32,000 nt of DNA from Alkalilimnicola ehrlichii MLHE-1 (GTDB lineage Bacteria; Pseudomonadota; Gammaproteobacteria; Nitrococcales; Halorhodospiraceae), in assembly GCF_000014785.1 (NCBI RefSeq), contig NC_008340.1, positions 2,400,001-2,432,000 on the forward strand, in the 5' to 3' direction. Both the position numbers and the translations under genes were made by a program. Shown here piece after piece: positions 18,857 to 31,750 of this stretch (positions within the stretch are counted from its first letter, which is position 1; each line of letters begins with the position of its first letter). The notes under the pieces are model-generated. The model was given only the letters and a program-made list of their open reading frames with translations. It had not been told where the DNA came from and ran no database searches.

Positions 18857-20707
18857 TCAGTGTTGACCGGACTGGCGGGCGCTGCCGCCCGGGGTATCGT
18901 GCCCGGCGTACAGGGTGGCCAGCTCATCCTGGAAGTGCTCCGCGATCCGCGCGCGCTTGAGCTTAAGCGTGGGGGTGAGCATGGCGTTGTCCACGCTCCA
19001 GGGCTCGGGCAGGACCCGCAGGCGGCGAATCTGGGCATAGCCGGGGAAGGCGTGCAGCAGGTGGCCGACCCGTTCCAGCAGGTAGCGCTCCACCCGCGGA
19101 TCGTCGCGGGCGGCGGTCACCGCCTCCGGCAGACCGTGCTCGCCGGCGACGCTGGGCCAGACCGCCTCGTTCAGCACCACCAGTGCCCCCAGGTAGGGCC
19201 GGCCCTCGCCCACCACCATCACCTGCTCGAACACCGGGTCGTTGGCGATGGCCAGTTCCATGTCCGCCGGCGGCACCTTCTCGCCGTTGGCCATGACGAT
19301 GATCTCCTTGAGCCGGCCGGTGATGGTGATCCGGCCCTCGTCATCCAGCCGGGCCTGATCCCCGGTGTGCAGCCAGCCGTCGCGGTCCAGTGCCGCCGCC
19401 GTGGCCTCGGGATTGTTCCAGTAGCCGAGCATGATGTTGGGGCCTCGGGCCAGCAGCTCGCCCTGCTCGCCGATGCGCACCTCCACCCCGGGCAGCGGTT
19501 TGCCGACGGTGCCTGGGCGGTTGTCCTCCAGGGTGTTCACCGAGATCACCGGGCTCGACTCGGTGAGCCCGTAGCCCTCCAGCACCGGCACCCCCAGTGA
19601 CAGGAAGAGCTGGGCCACCTCCCGGCTCAGCGGGGCGCCGCCGCTGATGGCCACCCGCACCCGGCCGCCCAGCCGGGCGGTCACCTTGCCGGCCACCAGC
19701 CGGTGGAGCAGCGGCCAGGCCAGTTCCCTGGGGTGCCAGCCGCACAGGCCCTGGCCTCGCTGGTAGCGGTGCCAGCCGACGCGGACGGCGCTGTGAAACA
19801 GCGCGCGGGCCAGCCCCGACTTCGCCTTCAGGCCCTCCTGGATACGTCCGTAGACCCGCTCGTAGATGCGCGGCACGCTGACCAGGGCGGTGGGCCGGTG
19901 GGTGGCCAGGTCCTCGGGCAGATCGGGCACCGAGCGGGCGTAGGCCACGGTGGAGCCGGTCATGATCGGCAGGTAGTAGCCGATGGTCCGCTCCAGCGTG
20001 TGGGAGAGCGGCAGGAAGGAGAGGAACAGGTCGTCTGGGTAGATGGCAATGCGCTGCAGGCCCGCGTAGGCGTTCTCCAGCATGTTCCGGTGGCTGAGCA
20101 TCACGCCCTTGGGCCGGCCGGTGGAGCCGGAGGTATAGACGATGGAGGCCAGGGCGTGGCCGTCGCGGGGCGGCTCGGGCGGATCGCCGGGATCGCCCTC
20201 GGGCGCCAGCCAGGCCTCCAACGCCACCACGGTGCCCCTGCTGTCGGCCGGCGCCACGCCCTGGGTGACCACCACCCGCTGCACCGCGTTCAGCCGGTGG
20301 CCGCCCCGCTGGATGGCCTGCCAGGTCTCCGCCTGCTCCAGGATCAGCACCCGCGCCCCGCTGTCCTCCAGGATATAGGCCACGTTGTCCGGCCGGTCGC
20401 TGGTGTAGAGGGGCACCACCACCAGCCCCAGGGCCAGGGCCGCCTGGTCGAACAGCACCCACGGCCAGCCATTGGGCAGCATCACCGCCACGGTGTCACC
20501 GCGCTGCAGCCCCTCCCGGGCCAGGGTCGCCTGCCAGCGGCGGACCGCCTCGGCGGTCTCCCGCCAGGTGTACGTCCGCCAGCTCTGGTGGGCGTAGTCG
20601 TACTGACGGTAGGCCGGCGCATCGGGGCTGCGCCGCACCCGCTCCAGGAACAGCCGGTGCAGGGTGCCGGCCTCCCCCGGTTCGATGTAGTCGGTTGTCT
20701 TCTCCAC
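18857..20707 (-). CDS. fadD: Long-chain acyl-CoA synthetase / AMP-forming ligase
   Basis: ASIVYTSGSTGRPKGVMLSHRNM, YGLTESSPVIS, WLHTGDQARLDDEGRITITGRLKEIIVMANGEKVPP. GTG at 20707 has GGAGGAG upstream; the ORF track uses TTG at 20719. Confidence 0.9.
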   Translation of the reverse strand: MEKTTDYIEPGEAGTLHRLFLERVRRSPDAPAYRQYDYAHQSWRTYTWRETAEAVRRWQATLAREGLQRGDTVAVMLPNGWPWVLFDQAALALGLVVVPLYTSDRPDNVAYILEDSGARVLILEQAETWQAIQRGGHRLNAVQRVVVTQGVAPADSRGTVVALEAWLAPEGDPGDPPEPPRDGHALASIVYTSGSTGRPKGVMLSHRNMLENAYAGLQRIAIYPDDLFLSFLPLSHTLERTIGYYLPIMTGSTVAYARSVPDLPEDLATHRPTALVSVPRIYERVYGRIQEGLKAKSGLARALFHSAVRVGWHRYQRGQGLCGWHPRELAWPLLHRLVAGKVTARLGGRVRVAISGGAPLSREVAQLFLSLGVPVLEGYGLTESSPVISVNTLEDNRPGTVGKPLPGVEVRIGEQGELLARGPNIMLGYWNNPEATAAALDRDGWLHTGDQARLDDEGRITITGRLKEIIVMANGEKVPPADMELAIANDPVFEQVMVVGEGRPYLGALVVLNEAVWPSVAGEHGLPEAVTAARDDPRVERYLLERVGHLLHAFPGYAQIRRLRVLPEPWSVDNAMLTPTLKLKRARIAEHFQDELATLYAGHDTPGGSARQSGQH

Positions 20708-20741
20708 GGTCTCCTCCAAACGCCTCGCAAACGGGCTGTCT

Positions 20742-23069
20742 TCAGGCAGCCTCTGATTGACACCGCTGTGCCGGTCGCGGCACTTTTCCGGGCCGGGACA
20801 GGTCCGCGGCCTCGAATTCGTCCACCTGGATCACCCGCATCACCGCTTGGTGGGCCGCTCGCAGCCGGCGGTGGTCCGGTTCGCTGATCCCCCCCGCGTC
20901 CAGCGCCGCCTGGTGGAGCGCGGCACCGTCGAGATCGGGCAGACGGCCGTCGCGCACCGCCTGGCGCAGGCGTTGCTCCAGGTCCTCGGTGGCCACCACC
21001 TCGCGCAGGGCCCACTCCAGGGCGCCGGTGGCGTCGTCGCGATCCCGACTCAGGTACAGCCCTGCCGTGAGCCGGTCCCGCACCTCGCCCGGTTCCAACA
21101 GGGTCTCGGCCACGCGGCGACCCAGGCGGTCGTCCGCGGGGCGCCGGCGCCGGCCCCAGGGGAAGAGCAACCGCCGCAGCAGGAACGCCGCCGGGCGCAC
21201 CGGCAGGTTGGCCAGAACCCGGTCCAACCGCTCCTGGATGCGGTAGAGCCCCTCCTGGCAGACCCAGTCCAGCAGGGGCCGGTCGGCGATCGGACAGCCG
21301 TCGTCCTCGTGCTGTTTCAACGCACAGCTCATCAGGTAGAGCTCACTGAGGACGTCCGCCAGCCGGCCGGAGAGGCGCTCGCGCCGCTTCAGCTCGCCGC
21401 CGAGGATCAGCAGCGCGGCATCCGCAACCAGGGCAAAATTGGCCGACTCGCGTGCGAGCTGGCGGTACCAGCGATCCAACGCACCGGCGCCGGGGGCACT
21501 GGCCAGGCGACCGCCGGTGGCGTTGTGGAGGGCCACCCGACCCAGGTTGGCGAGCAGGTGGCGCACGTGGCCCCAGAAGGCGCGGTCGAAGCCCGTCAGG
21601 TCCCCCGCCTGGGCGGTCTGCACCTCCCGCAGCAGCCACGGGTGGCAGCGCAGGGCCCCCTGCCCGAAGACGATCATGCTGCGGGTCAGGATGTTGGCCC
21701 CCTCCACGGTGATCCCCACCGGCAGGGCCTGGTAGGCCCCGAAGAGGGTGTTGGACGGGCCGGTGCAGATGGCCTTGCCGCCATGCACATCCATGGCGTC
21801 GGTGATGGCCTCGCGGCCGCCGGCGGTGGCCTGGTATTTGAGAATGGCCGAGATCACCGCCGGCTCGATGCCGGCATCCAGGGCGGCGGTGGTGACCCAG
21901 CGGCCGGCGTCCAGGCGATAGGCCTGGCCGGCAATGCGCGTCAGCGCCTCCTGCACCCCCTCGAAGCGGCCCACCGGGGTATTGAACTGGCGGCGCACCC
22001 GGGCGTAGGCGCCAGCGGTGCGCGCCGCCAGCTTGGCGTTGCCCACGCCGGCGGCCGGCAGCGAGATCGAGCGCCCCGCGGCGAGACAGCCCATCAACAT
22101 GCGCCAACCCTGGCCGGCGCGCGGCGGCCCGCCGATGATGAAATCCAGGGGGATGAAGACATCGCGCCCGCGGGTGGGGCCGTTCTGGAAGGCCACCCCG
22201 GCCGGGAAATGGCGTCGGCCGATCTCCACGCCGGGGTGATCGGTGGGGATCAGTGCCACGGTGATCCCGGGCACCGGACCCCGGCCCAACAGCTCGTCCG
22301 GATCCTCCAGCCGGAAGGCCAGGCCCAGCACCGTGGCCACGGGGGCCAGGGTGATGTAGCGCTTGTCCCAACTCACGCGCATGCCCAGCACCCGCTCTCC
22401 GCGGTAGTCGCCGTAACAGACCACCCCACGATCGGGGATGGAGGCCGCATCGGAGCCGGCGGTGGGCCCGGTGAGGGCAAAACAGGGGATCTCCTCCCCC
22501 CGGGCCAGGCGCGGCAGATAGTGGTTGCGCTGTGCCTCCGTCCCGTAGCGCAGCAACAGCTCCGCCGGGCCCAGCGAGTTGGGCACCGAGACCGTGACCC
22601 CGGCGGTGCCCTCACGCGCGCCCACCTTCATCACCACCTGGGAGTGGGCGGCGGCGGAGAACCCCAGGCCGCCATAGGCCCGGGGGATGATCATCCCGAG
22701 CAAGCCCTGATCGCGGATAAAGCGCCAGACCGGCTCCGGGAGGTCCCGCTGCTCGTTCACCTCCCAGGCGTCGAGCATGCGGCAGAGCGCCTCCACCGGC
22801 CCGTCGAGAAAGGCCTGCTCCGCCTCGCTCAGCCGCGCCGGGGGCAGCGAGCGCAGCACCGCCCAGTCCGGCCGGCCGGTGAAGAGCTGCGCATCCCACC
22901 AGGTATCGCCCGCCTCCAGCGCCTCCCGCTCAGTGGCGGAGATTGACGGCAGCCGCTGCCGGAGCAGGCCCATGACCGGGGCGCTGAGCAGCGAACGGCG
23001 CAGCGGCGCCAGCCACAGCAGCGCCAGCACCAGTAGCACCGCAACCGCGATGAGGTAGCTCAGCATCAT
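20742..23069 (-). CDS. Acyl-CoA dehydrogenase, E. coli FadE-type (large form), copy 2
   Basis: GDTWWDAQLFTGRPDWAVL, PCFALTGPTAGSDAASIPD, DVHGGKAICTGPSNTLFGAYQALPVGITVEGANILTRSMIVFGQGALRCHP; clearly paralogous to 12706..15180. Confidence 0.92.
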   Translation of the reverse strand: MMLSYLIAVAVLLVLALLWLAPLRRSLLSAPVMGLLRQRLPSISATEREALEAGDTWWDAQLFTGRPDWAVLRSLPPARLSEAEQAFLDGPVEALCRMLDAWEVNEQRDLPEPVWRFIRDQGLLGMIIPRAYGGLGFSAAAHSQVVMKVGAREGTAGVTVSVPNSLGPAELLLRYGTEAQRNHYLPRLARGEEIPCFALTGPTAGSDAASIPDRGVVCYGDYRGERVLGMRVSWDKRYITLAPVATVLGLAFRLEDPDELLGRGPVPGITVALIPTDHPGVEIGRRHFPAGVAFQNGPTRGRDVFIPLDFIIGGPPRAGQGWRMLMGCLAAGRSISLPAAGVGNAKLAARTAGAYARVRRQFNTPVGRFEGVQEALTRIAGQAYRLDAGRWVTTAALDAGIEPAVISAILKYQATAGGREAITDAMDVHGGKAICTGPSNTLFGAYQALPVGITVEGANILTRSMIVFGQGALRCHPWLLREVQTAQAGDLTGFDRAFWGHVRHLLANLGRVALHNATGGRLASAPGAGALDRWYRQLARESANFALVADAALLILGGELKRRERLSGRLADVLSELYLMSCALKQHEDDGCPIADRPLLDWVCQEGLYRIQERLDRVLANLPVRPAAFLLRRLLFPWGRRRRPADDRLGRRVAETLLEPGEVRDRLTAGLYLSRDRDDATGALEWALREVVATEDLEQRLRQAVRDGRLPDLDGAALHQAALDAGGISEPDHRRLRAAHQAVMRVIQVDEFEAADLSRPGKVPRPAQRCQSEAA

Positions 23070-23156
23070 CTCCTCCCTTCATCCTCCGGGCCCCGGCGAT
23101 CTGTCGCCGCCTGGGGCGGATGCCGGCGGTCGGATCGCCGCCGGCCGGCTATAGGT

Positions 23157-23170
23157 AAAACGTTTGTTTG
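23157..23170. promoter_or_regulatory. Candidate PsrA-like operator AAAACGTTTGTTTG upstream of fadE copy 2
   Basis: AAAC(GTTT)GTTT at 23158-23169, fits AAAC-N4-GTTT. Confidence 0.5.
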
Positions 23171-23213
23171 ACGCCGGGGTAAAAAAACCCCGGGACCCCG
23201 CACGACCCGGACC

Positions 23214-23903
23214 TCAGCCCGAGCCGGCGGCCACCTCGGTCGTACCCGCCTCGCTGGCCTCCTCCTGCAGCTCCGGGGGCAGCGGGGCGCGCAGCCCACC
23301 CACCAGAAAGGGCACCACCCGCCGAATGATCTCCCGCGGCTCGTCCGGGTTGGCGCTGCGGCTCGCCGCCAGCACCTGCATCATGTCGTTGCCCGCCATG
23401 ACGTAGGACATCACCCCCACCATGAAGTGCAGGCGCCAGTAGAGCTCGCCCTTGGGTAAGTCCGGCAGCACCTGGCGGAAGGCCGGCTTGAAACGACTGA
23501 CCAGCCCCTCGTTGGCCTGGCGCATGTGGTCGTGCAGGAAGCTGGCGTGCTCGGTATAGGTACGGCCCATCAGGCGCACGAACCGGCTGCCACCGCCACC
23601 GTCCCGGCTCAGTTCCAGCGGCGGGCCGATGAAGGCCTCAATCAGCCCCTCCAGGGTGAGCTCGCCGGCGCGTTCCAGCCGGTCCAACCGGCGGATGCGC
23701 TCGCGGTTCAATGGCTCCAGCCGCCGCCCCAACACCGCCTTGATCAGCCCCTGCTTGGAGCCAAAATGGTAATTAACTGCGGCCAGATTGACCTCCGCCT
23801 GCGACGTGATCTGGCGCAGCGAGGTCTGCCCCAGGCCGCGCTCGGCGAACAGCCGCTCGGCCGTGTCCAGAATGCGTTCCTTGGTGTCGGAGGCTTCGGC
23901 CAT
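23214..23903 (-). CDS. TetR-family transcriptional regulator, PsrA/FadR-like
   Basis: DTKERILDTAERLFAERGLGQTSLRQITSQAEVNLAAVNYHFGSKQGLIKAVLGRRLEPLN; adjacent to the beta-oxidation cluster. Confidence 0.85.
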   Translation of the reverse strand: MAEASDTKERILDTAERLFAERGLGQTSLRQITSQAEVNLAAVNYHFGSKQGLIKAVLGRRLEPLNRERIRRLDRLERAGELTLEGLIEAFIGPPLELSRDGGGGSRFVRLMGRTYTEHASFLHDHMRQANEGLVSRFKPAFRQVLPDLPKGELYWRLHFMVGVMSYVMAGNDMMQVLAASRSANPDEPREIIRRVVPFLVGGLRAPLPPELQEEASEAGTTEVAAGSG

Positions 23904-23921
23904 GGTGTCAGATCCCGGAGT

Positions 23922-23935
23922 TAAACGTACGTTTA
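23922..23935. promoter_or_regulatory. Perfect 14-bp palindrome TAAACGTACGTTTA, candidate autoregulatory operator
   Basis: AAAC(GTAC)GTTT, about 20 bp upstream of the TetR gene start codon. Confidence 0.6.
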
Positions 23936-23972
23936 TTTATAGCGCCTCTCAGCGCCGGGTCAAGCCCCTTTT

Positions 23973-23989
23973 ATGGTGCGTCGCACCAT
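23973..23989. repeat. Perfect palindrome ATGGTGCG-T-CGCACCAT
   Basis: 17-bp 8-1-8 inverted repeat in the divergent tetR/cbpA intergenic region. Confidence 0.55.
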
Positions 23990-24127
23990 TCTGGCCCGCC
24001 CTGGTTCCCGAGGCAACCGACTGCCTTGAAGCCACCCCGTTGACGACCCATATAGATGAAGAGGATGCGAATAAGACGTAGCGACAGCTGAAAGTGCCAT
24101 GGGCCACTACGAGGGACACGGACGCGC

Positions 24128-25099
24128 ATGAAGTTCAAGGACTATTACCAGATCATGGGCGTCAGCCGGGACGCCAGCCAGGACGAAATCAGGCGGGCCT
24201 ACCGCAAACTGGCCCGCAAGTACCACCCGGATGTGAGCAAAGAGCCGGACGCGGAACAGAGATTCAAGGAATTGGGCGAGGCCTACGAGGTCCTTAAGGA
24301 CCCGGAAAAGCGGGCCGCCTACGACCAGCTGGGACGCGACTACCAGGCCGGACAGGACTTCCGGCCACCGCCGGACTGGGGTGAACAGGGCTTTCAGTTC
24401 CACGGCGCGGAGTTCACCGGCGCGGACGCCTCGGAGTTCAGCGACTTCTTCGAGTCGCTGTTCGGGGGCGGCTTCGGCCGGCCGGGGGGATTCGCCCGGG
24501 GCGGCCGCCGGGCCGGCGGCCCCCACTTCCGGGCCCGCGGTGAGGACGCCCACGCCCGTATCCTCATCGACCTGGACGACGCCTTCCACGGGGCCAATCG
24601 CACCCTGACCCTGAACACCACGGAGATCGGCGACGACGGGCGGCCCCGGCGCCGGGAGCGCACCCTCAACGTGCACATCCCCAAAGGGGTCCACCAGGGC
24701 CAGCACATCCGCCTGGCCGGACAGGGCAATCCGGGCATCGGCGGCGGCCCGCCGGGCGATCTCTTCCTTGAGGTGGCGTTCCGCCCTCACCCCCTCTACC
24801 GGGTGGAGGGACGCGACGTCTTCCTCGACCTGCCGGTGGCGCCCTGGGAGGCCGCCCTGGGGGCCCACGTGCAGGTGCCCACCCCCACCGGCAAGGTGGC
24901 GCTGCACATCCCGGCGGGCTCGCTGGGGGGACACAAGCTGCGGCTGAAGGGCCGTGGTATCCCGGGCCATCCGCCGGGTGATCTCTACGCGGTGCTGCGG
25001 ATTGCCCTGCCACCGGCCGATACCGAGGCGGCCCGCAAGGCCTACCGCGACATGCAGCAGGCCCTCGACTTCAACCCGCGCGCCAGGCTGGGGGTGTGA
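24128..25099 (+). CDS. cbpA: DnaJ-like co-chaperone / curved DNA-binding protein CbpA
   Basis: J-domain [33 protein letters not shown], no zinc-finger repeats, C-terminal substrate-binding domain, followed by cbpM. Confidence 0.92.
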   Translation: MKFKDYYQIMGVSRDASQDEIRRAYRKLARKYHPDVSKEPDAEQRFKELGEAYEVLKDPEKRAAYDQLGRDYQAGQDFRPPPDWGEQGFQFHGAEFTGADASEFSDFFESLFGGGFGRPGGFARGGRRAGGPHFRARGEDAHARILIDLDDAFHGANRTLTLNTTEIGDDGRPRRRERTLNVHIPKGVHQGQHIRLAGQGNPGIGGGPPGDLFLEVAFRPHPLYRVEGRDVFLDLPVAPWEAALGAHVQVPTPTGKVALHIPAGSLGGHKLRLKGRGIPGHPPGDLYAVLRIALPPADTEAARKAYRDMQQALDFNPRARLGV

Positions 25100-25104
25100 A
25101 CACC

Positions 25105-25428
25105 ATGACAAGGAAGATGCAGACGGTCATCCGCGGCGAGATCCTGGAAGAGGAGGTGGTGCTGACCCTGGGCGAGTTGTGTCGGGTCTGCCGGCTGCCC
25201 GCCGACGAACTGCTGGTGATGGTGGATGAGGGCATCATCGAACCGCTGGAGCGCGGCCCCACCACCCAATGGCGGTTTCACGGCGCCAGCGTGCGTCGGG
25301 TGCACCGGGCAGTGCAGCTGCACCGCGACCTGGGCGTGAACTGGGCCGGCGCCGCCCTGGCCCTGGAGCTGCTGGAGGAGATGGAGTCGCTACGCCAGCG
25401 CCTGCAGCGCCTGGAGGGCCATCCCTGA
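25105..25428 (+). CDS. cbpM: CbpM-type chaperone modulator
   Basis: VVLTLGELCRVCRLPADELLVMVDEGIIEPL...WRFHGASVRRVHRAVQLHRDLGVNWAGAALALELLEE. ATG at 25105; the GTG at 25096 overlaps the cbpA stop. Confidence 0.85.
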   Translation: MTRKMQTVIRGEILEEEVVLTLGELCRVCRLPADELLVMVDEGIIEPLERGPTTQWRFHGASVRRVHRAVQLHRDLGVNWAGAALALELLEEMESLRQRLQRLEGHP

Positions 25429-25594
25429 CGGGACGGGCCCCGCCCGGGCCCGCCCGGTTCGGTGCCAGCCCGCCGGGAGACCGTATTGCGCCGGGCCGCC
25501 TGCCCGGCGAGCGGTGTGCGCTCCAGCAACCTGAGGCCACACTTGGTATCCTATGCGGTTCCCTTGCATTAGCCGCCGACGTAGCCACCAGACC

Positions 25595-29290
<3,696 letters not shown>

Positions 29291-29596
29291 AAGCGGGTGC
29301 CGGCGGGGCCCAGGGTGAGAGGCGCTGCGACTTTTCACCGCACCCATCCAGTGGGGCCACCCGCCGGAGCCGGCGCCCTAACCGGATTCGATGCTGGGCT
29401 CCCCATGAATCAATGAGATAACCTGGCAGCGCGGTCATAATTATCGCCTAGGAGGAGTTGGAGCCCCCTCACTCCCCCCGTCGGCGTAGTCGGTCTCCAC
29501 CTTTCGGGGTATTGCACCGGCACCGGGAAGACACCACGCTTAAGCCCTAACACATCAGTAGACCCGGCGCGCCAAGCGTCGGCTCCGGTAAAGGCC

Positions 29597-30367
29597 ATGC
29601 ACGACTACAAGACCGACAACATCACTCCCCTGAGCCAGCGGCGCGACCGTTGCCGGGGCTGCGGCCTGCGGAATATCTGTTTCGGCATCCTCCACCACGC
29701 CCCCGAGGCGGATCTGCTGGAGCGGCTGATCTGCCGGCGCGGTCCCCTGCCCTCCGGCACGGTGCTGTTCGAGGCCGACGACCCGCTGGAGCGGTTGTGC
29801 GTGATCCGGGTGGGGTCAGCACGACGGGAGAGCCCGACCGGGGGCGAGGGGGGCACCCGGCGCGTGGTCGGCTTTGCCCTGCCCGGGGAGGTGATGGGGC
29901 TGGACGCCCTCTACCAACAGCGCCACCCCACCAATGCGGTGTTGCTGCAAAGCAGCTACGTCTGCGAGCTGCCCTTTCAACCGCTGCAGGCACTGGCCAG
30001 CGAGGTGCCCCAGCTCTGGCACCAGTTGCTCCGGCTCTCCGGGGAGGCCGTCTACCAGCACAAGCGCAGCCGTCTGGCCATGAGCCAAACGCTGGCCGAG
30101 GCCCGGCTCGCCCACGCCCTGCTGGACCTGGCACACCGGATGGCCCGGCGCGGCATGTCCGCCCAGACCCTCGATCTGCCCATGCCGCGCCAGGAGCTGG
30201 GCAATCAACTCGGCCTGGCGCCCAATACCACCAGCCGGGCCTTCCGTTTCCTGAAAGAGCAGGGCTGGCTGGAGGCGGACGGCCGCCAGATCACCCTGCT
30301 GGACCCCGAGGCCCTGGCCAAGCTGGCGAACTGGTCGGAGCCTACGCCGACGGCTCGCTCGGCCTGA
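29597..30367 (+). CDS. Crp/Fnr-family regulator with N-terminal cysteine cluster (FNR/ANR-like)
   Basis: CRGCGLRNIC (C-x2-C-x5-C) plus a distal Cys in SSYVCELPF; cNMP-binding fold; HTH MPRQELGNQLGLAPNTTSRAFRFLKEQGWL. Confidence 0.88.
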   Translation: MHDYKTDNITPLSQRRDRCRGCGLRNICFGILHHAPEADLLERLICRRGPLPSGTVLFEADDPLERLCVIRVGSARRESPTGGEGGTRRVVGFALPGEVMGLDALYQQRHPTNAVLLQSSYVCELPFQPLQALASEVPQLWHQLLRLSGEAVYQHKRSRLAMSQTLAEARLAHALLDLAHRMARRGMSAQTLDLPMPRQELGNQLGLAPNTTSRAFRFLKEQGWLEADGRQITLLDPEALAKLANWSEPTPTARSA

Positions 30368-30815
30368 AGCGGCGCTCGCCCTCCGCCACCAGCCCCGCCA
30401 GTCGCAGCAGCGGTCGCCGGAAACGGGGGGGCAACGCCTCGGGATCGAGCTGGTCCAGGGCGTTCTTCGCCATCAGGCCCAGCTCGGTATCACCCTGAAT
30501 ACTCAGCCGCCGCTGGAAGAAGAGCGTATCCGGGTCGGCGCACTCGCCGGCCATCAGCAGGAAGGCCCCGAGGTCGCCGCGGATGGAGGCCTCCGGCTCG
30601 CACCCGTGGGCCGCCACCAGCCGCCCGTCCCGCCAGCTCAACGGCAGGGCCAGGCCCCAGTCCCTCAGCCGCACCTCCAGGCAGCGCGCCTCCAGGAAGT
30701 CGAACACCCCATCCGCCAGGGGGTCGGCCAGTGCCTGGTTGATCAGCCCTACAAGCACCCGGTCCAGGCGCCGCTTGAGGAATCGTGCCCCGGGGGGCGT
30801 TGGCAGATGCGTCAT
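30342..30815 (-). CDS. ubiT: UbiT (YhbT), SCP2-domain accessory factor for O2-independent ubiquinone biosynthesis
   Basis: SCP2-like domain (PLSWRDGRLVAAHGCEPEASIRGDLGAFLLMAGECADPDTLFFQRRLSIQGDTELGLMAKNALD); its start overlaps the ubiV stop (ATGA). Confidence 0.88.
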   Translation of the reverse strand: MTHLPTPPGARFLKRRLDRVLVGLINQALADPLADGVFDFLEARCLEVRLRDWGLALPLSWRDGRLVAAHGCEPEASIRGDLGAFLLMAGECADPDTLFFQRRLSIQGDTELGLMAKNALDQLDPEALPPRFRRPLLRLAGLVAEGERRFRPSEPSA

Positions 30816-31750
30816 ACCTGTTCCTCCTGCTCTTGTGCCTGGCGAGCCAGCCGTGCCATGCCAGCCTCGCCGAACCAGTAGCCATCGCAACAGGCCGCCG
30901 GGTCCAGTCCCGGGATCAGGGCCGGCGCCGGCCGGCCCGCGGCGACCGCCGCGTAGGCGTGCACTACCGCGGCCATATCCTCGCCCCAGGGACTCAGACG
31001 GATGGCGGTGGCCCCCGCGTCGCGGACGGAGTCCAGGGCGTCCAGCAGGTGCAGCCAGCGGCCGGACTGCAGTTGGATGCCGTTGATACGCAGGAACTCA
31101 TCGCCGTCCCGGGTGGCCATGGGCAGGCCGCTGGGGTGTTCCAGGCAGCGAAAGCCGCATTGATCCTTGGGCCGGTCCACCGCCCGGGCGGTAAAGCACC
31201 GCGCCGACCAGGCCAGCGGTAGCGGGCCGAAGACCTGAACCTCGACCTCCAGGCCCTCGGCCGCCTGCCCCAGTCCGTCAACATTGTCGCGGACCATCTC
31301 CTCCGGCATCTCCACCGGGGGCACCCAGACCCGCATCCCCGCCGATTGCAGCACTGCCAGGGTGCGGGGGTTGTAGACATTCAGGGTGGGCCCGGCGACG
31401 AAGGCGGCACCCGCCTCCCGCGCCAACTGCACCGCCCCCATGTCGTTGGCCTCCACCCGGAATTCGCCGTTCTCGCACAGGCGCCGGACCACGCCCATCT
31501 CCGAACGCGCCTCCACCAGCGCCAGGCTGGAGAGCACCACCGCCTTACCGGCCTGGCGCAGCTCCCGGCCCAAGCCGATCCAGTCATCCAGGCTGAAGGC
31601 GCGGCGCTTGCTGCACACCGTCTCCCCCAGATAAACGGTATCCACCGGCCAGTCGGCCACCGACTGGTAGAAGGCGCTCAGGCGCTCGGCCGGCCAGTAA
31701 TAGGGCACCGGCCCCAGGGTCACTTGCATGGGCATTCGCTCCCGCATCAT
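30812..31750 (-). CDS. ubiV: UbiV (YhbV), U32-family Fe-S protein for O2-independent ubiquinone hydroxylation
   Basis: TVYLGETVCSKRRAFSLDDW, LAWSARCFTARAVDRPKDQCGFRCLEHP (Cys ligands), position between ubiU and ubiT. Confidence 0.9.
   Translation of the reverse strand: MMRERMPMQVTLGPVPYYWPAERLSAFYQSVADWPVDTVYLGETVCSKRRAFSLDDWIGLGRELRQAGKAVVLSSLALVEARSEMGVVRRLCENGEFRVEANDMGAVQLAREAGAAFVAGPTLNVYNPRTLAVLQSAGMRVWVPPVEMPEEMVRDNVDGLGQAAEGLEVEVQVFGPLPLAWSARCFTARAVDRPKDQCGFRCLEHPSGLPMATRDGDEFLRINGIQLQSGRWLHLLDALDSVRDAGATAIRLSPWGEDMAAVVHAYAAVAAGRPAPALIPGLDPAACCDGYWFGEAGMARLARQAQEQEEQV

Noticed and set aside
25440-25594. Possible cobalamin riboswitch upstream of metH (CCGGGAGACCG resembles a B12-box core)
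   Set aside because: No GCCACTG core or upstream aptamer elements, and the gap after cbpM is too short for a full aptamer. An Rfam/Infernal scan would be decisive.
29310-29400. GGCGCTGCGACTTTTCACC resembling part of an SAH riboswitch
   Set aside because: Lies downstream of metH rather than upstream of a methionine-cycle gene, and the matching 3' conserved strand was not found.
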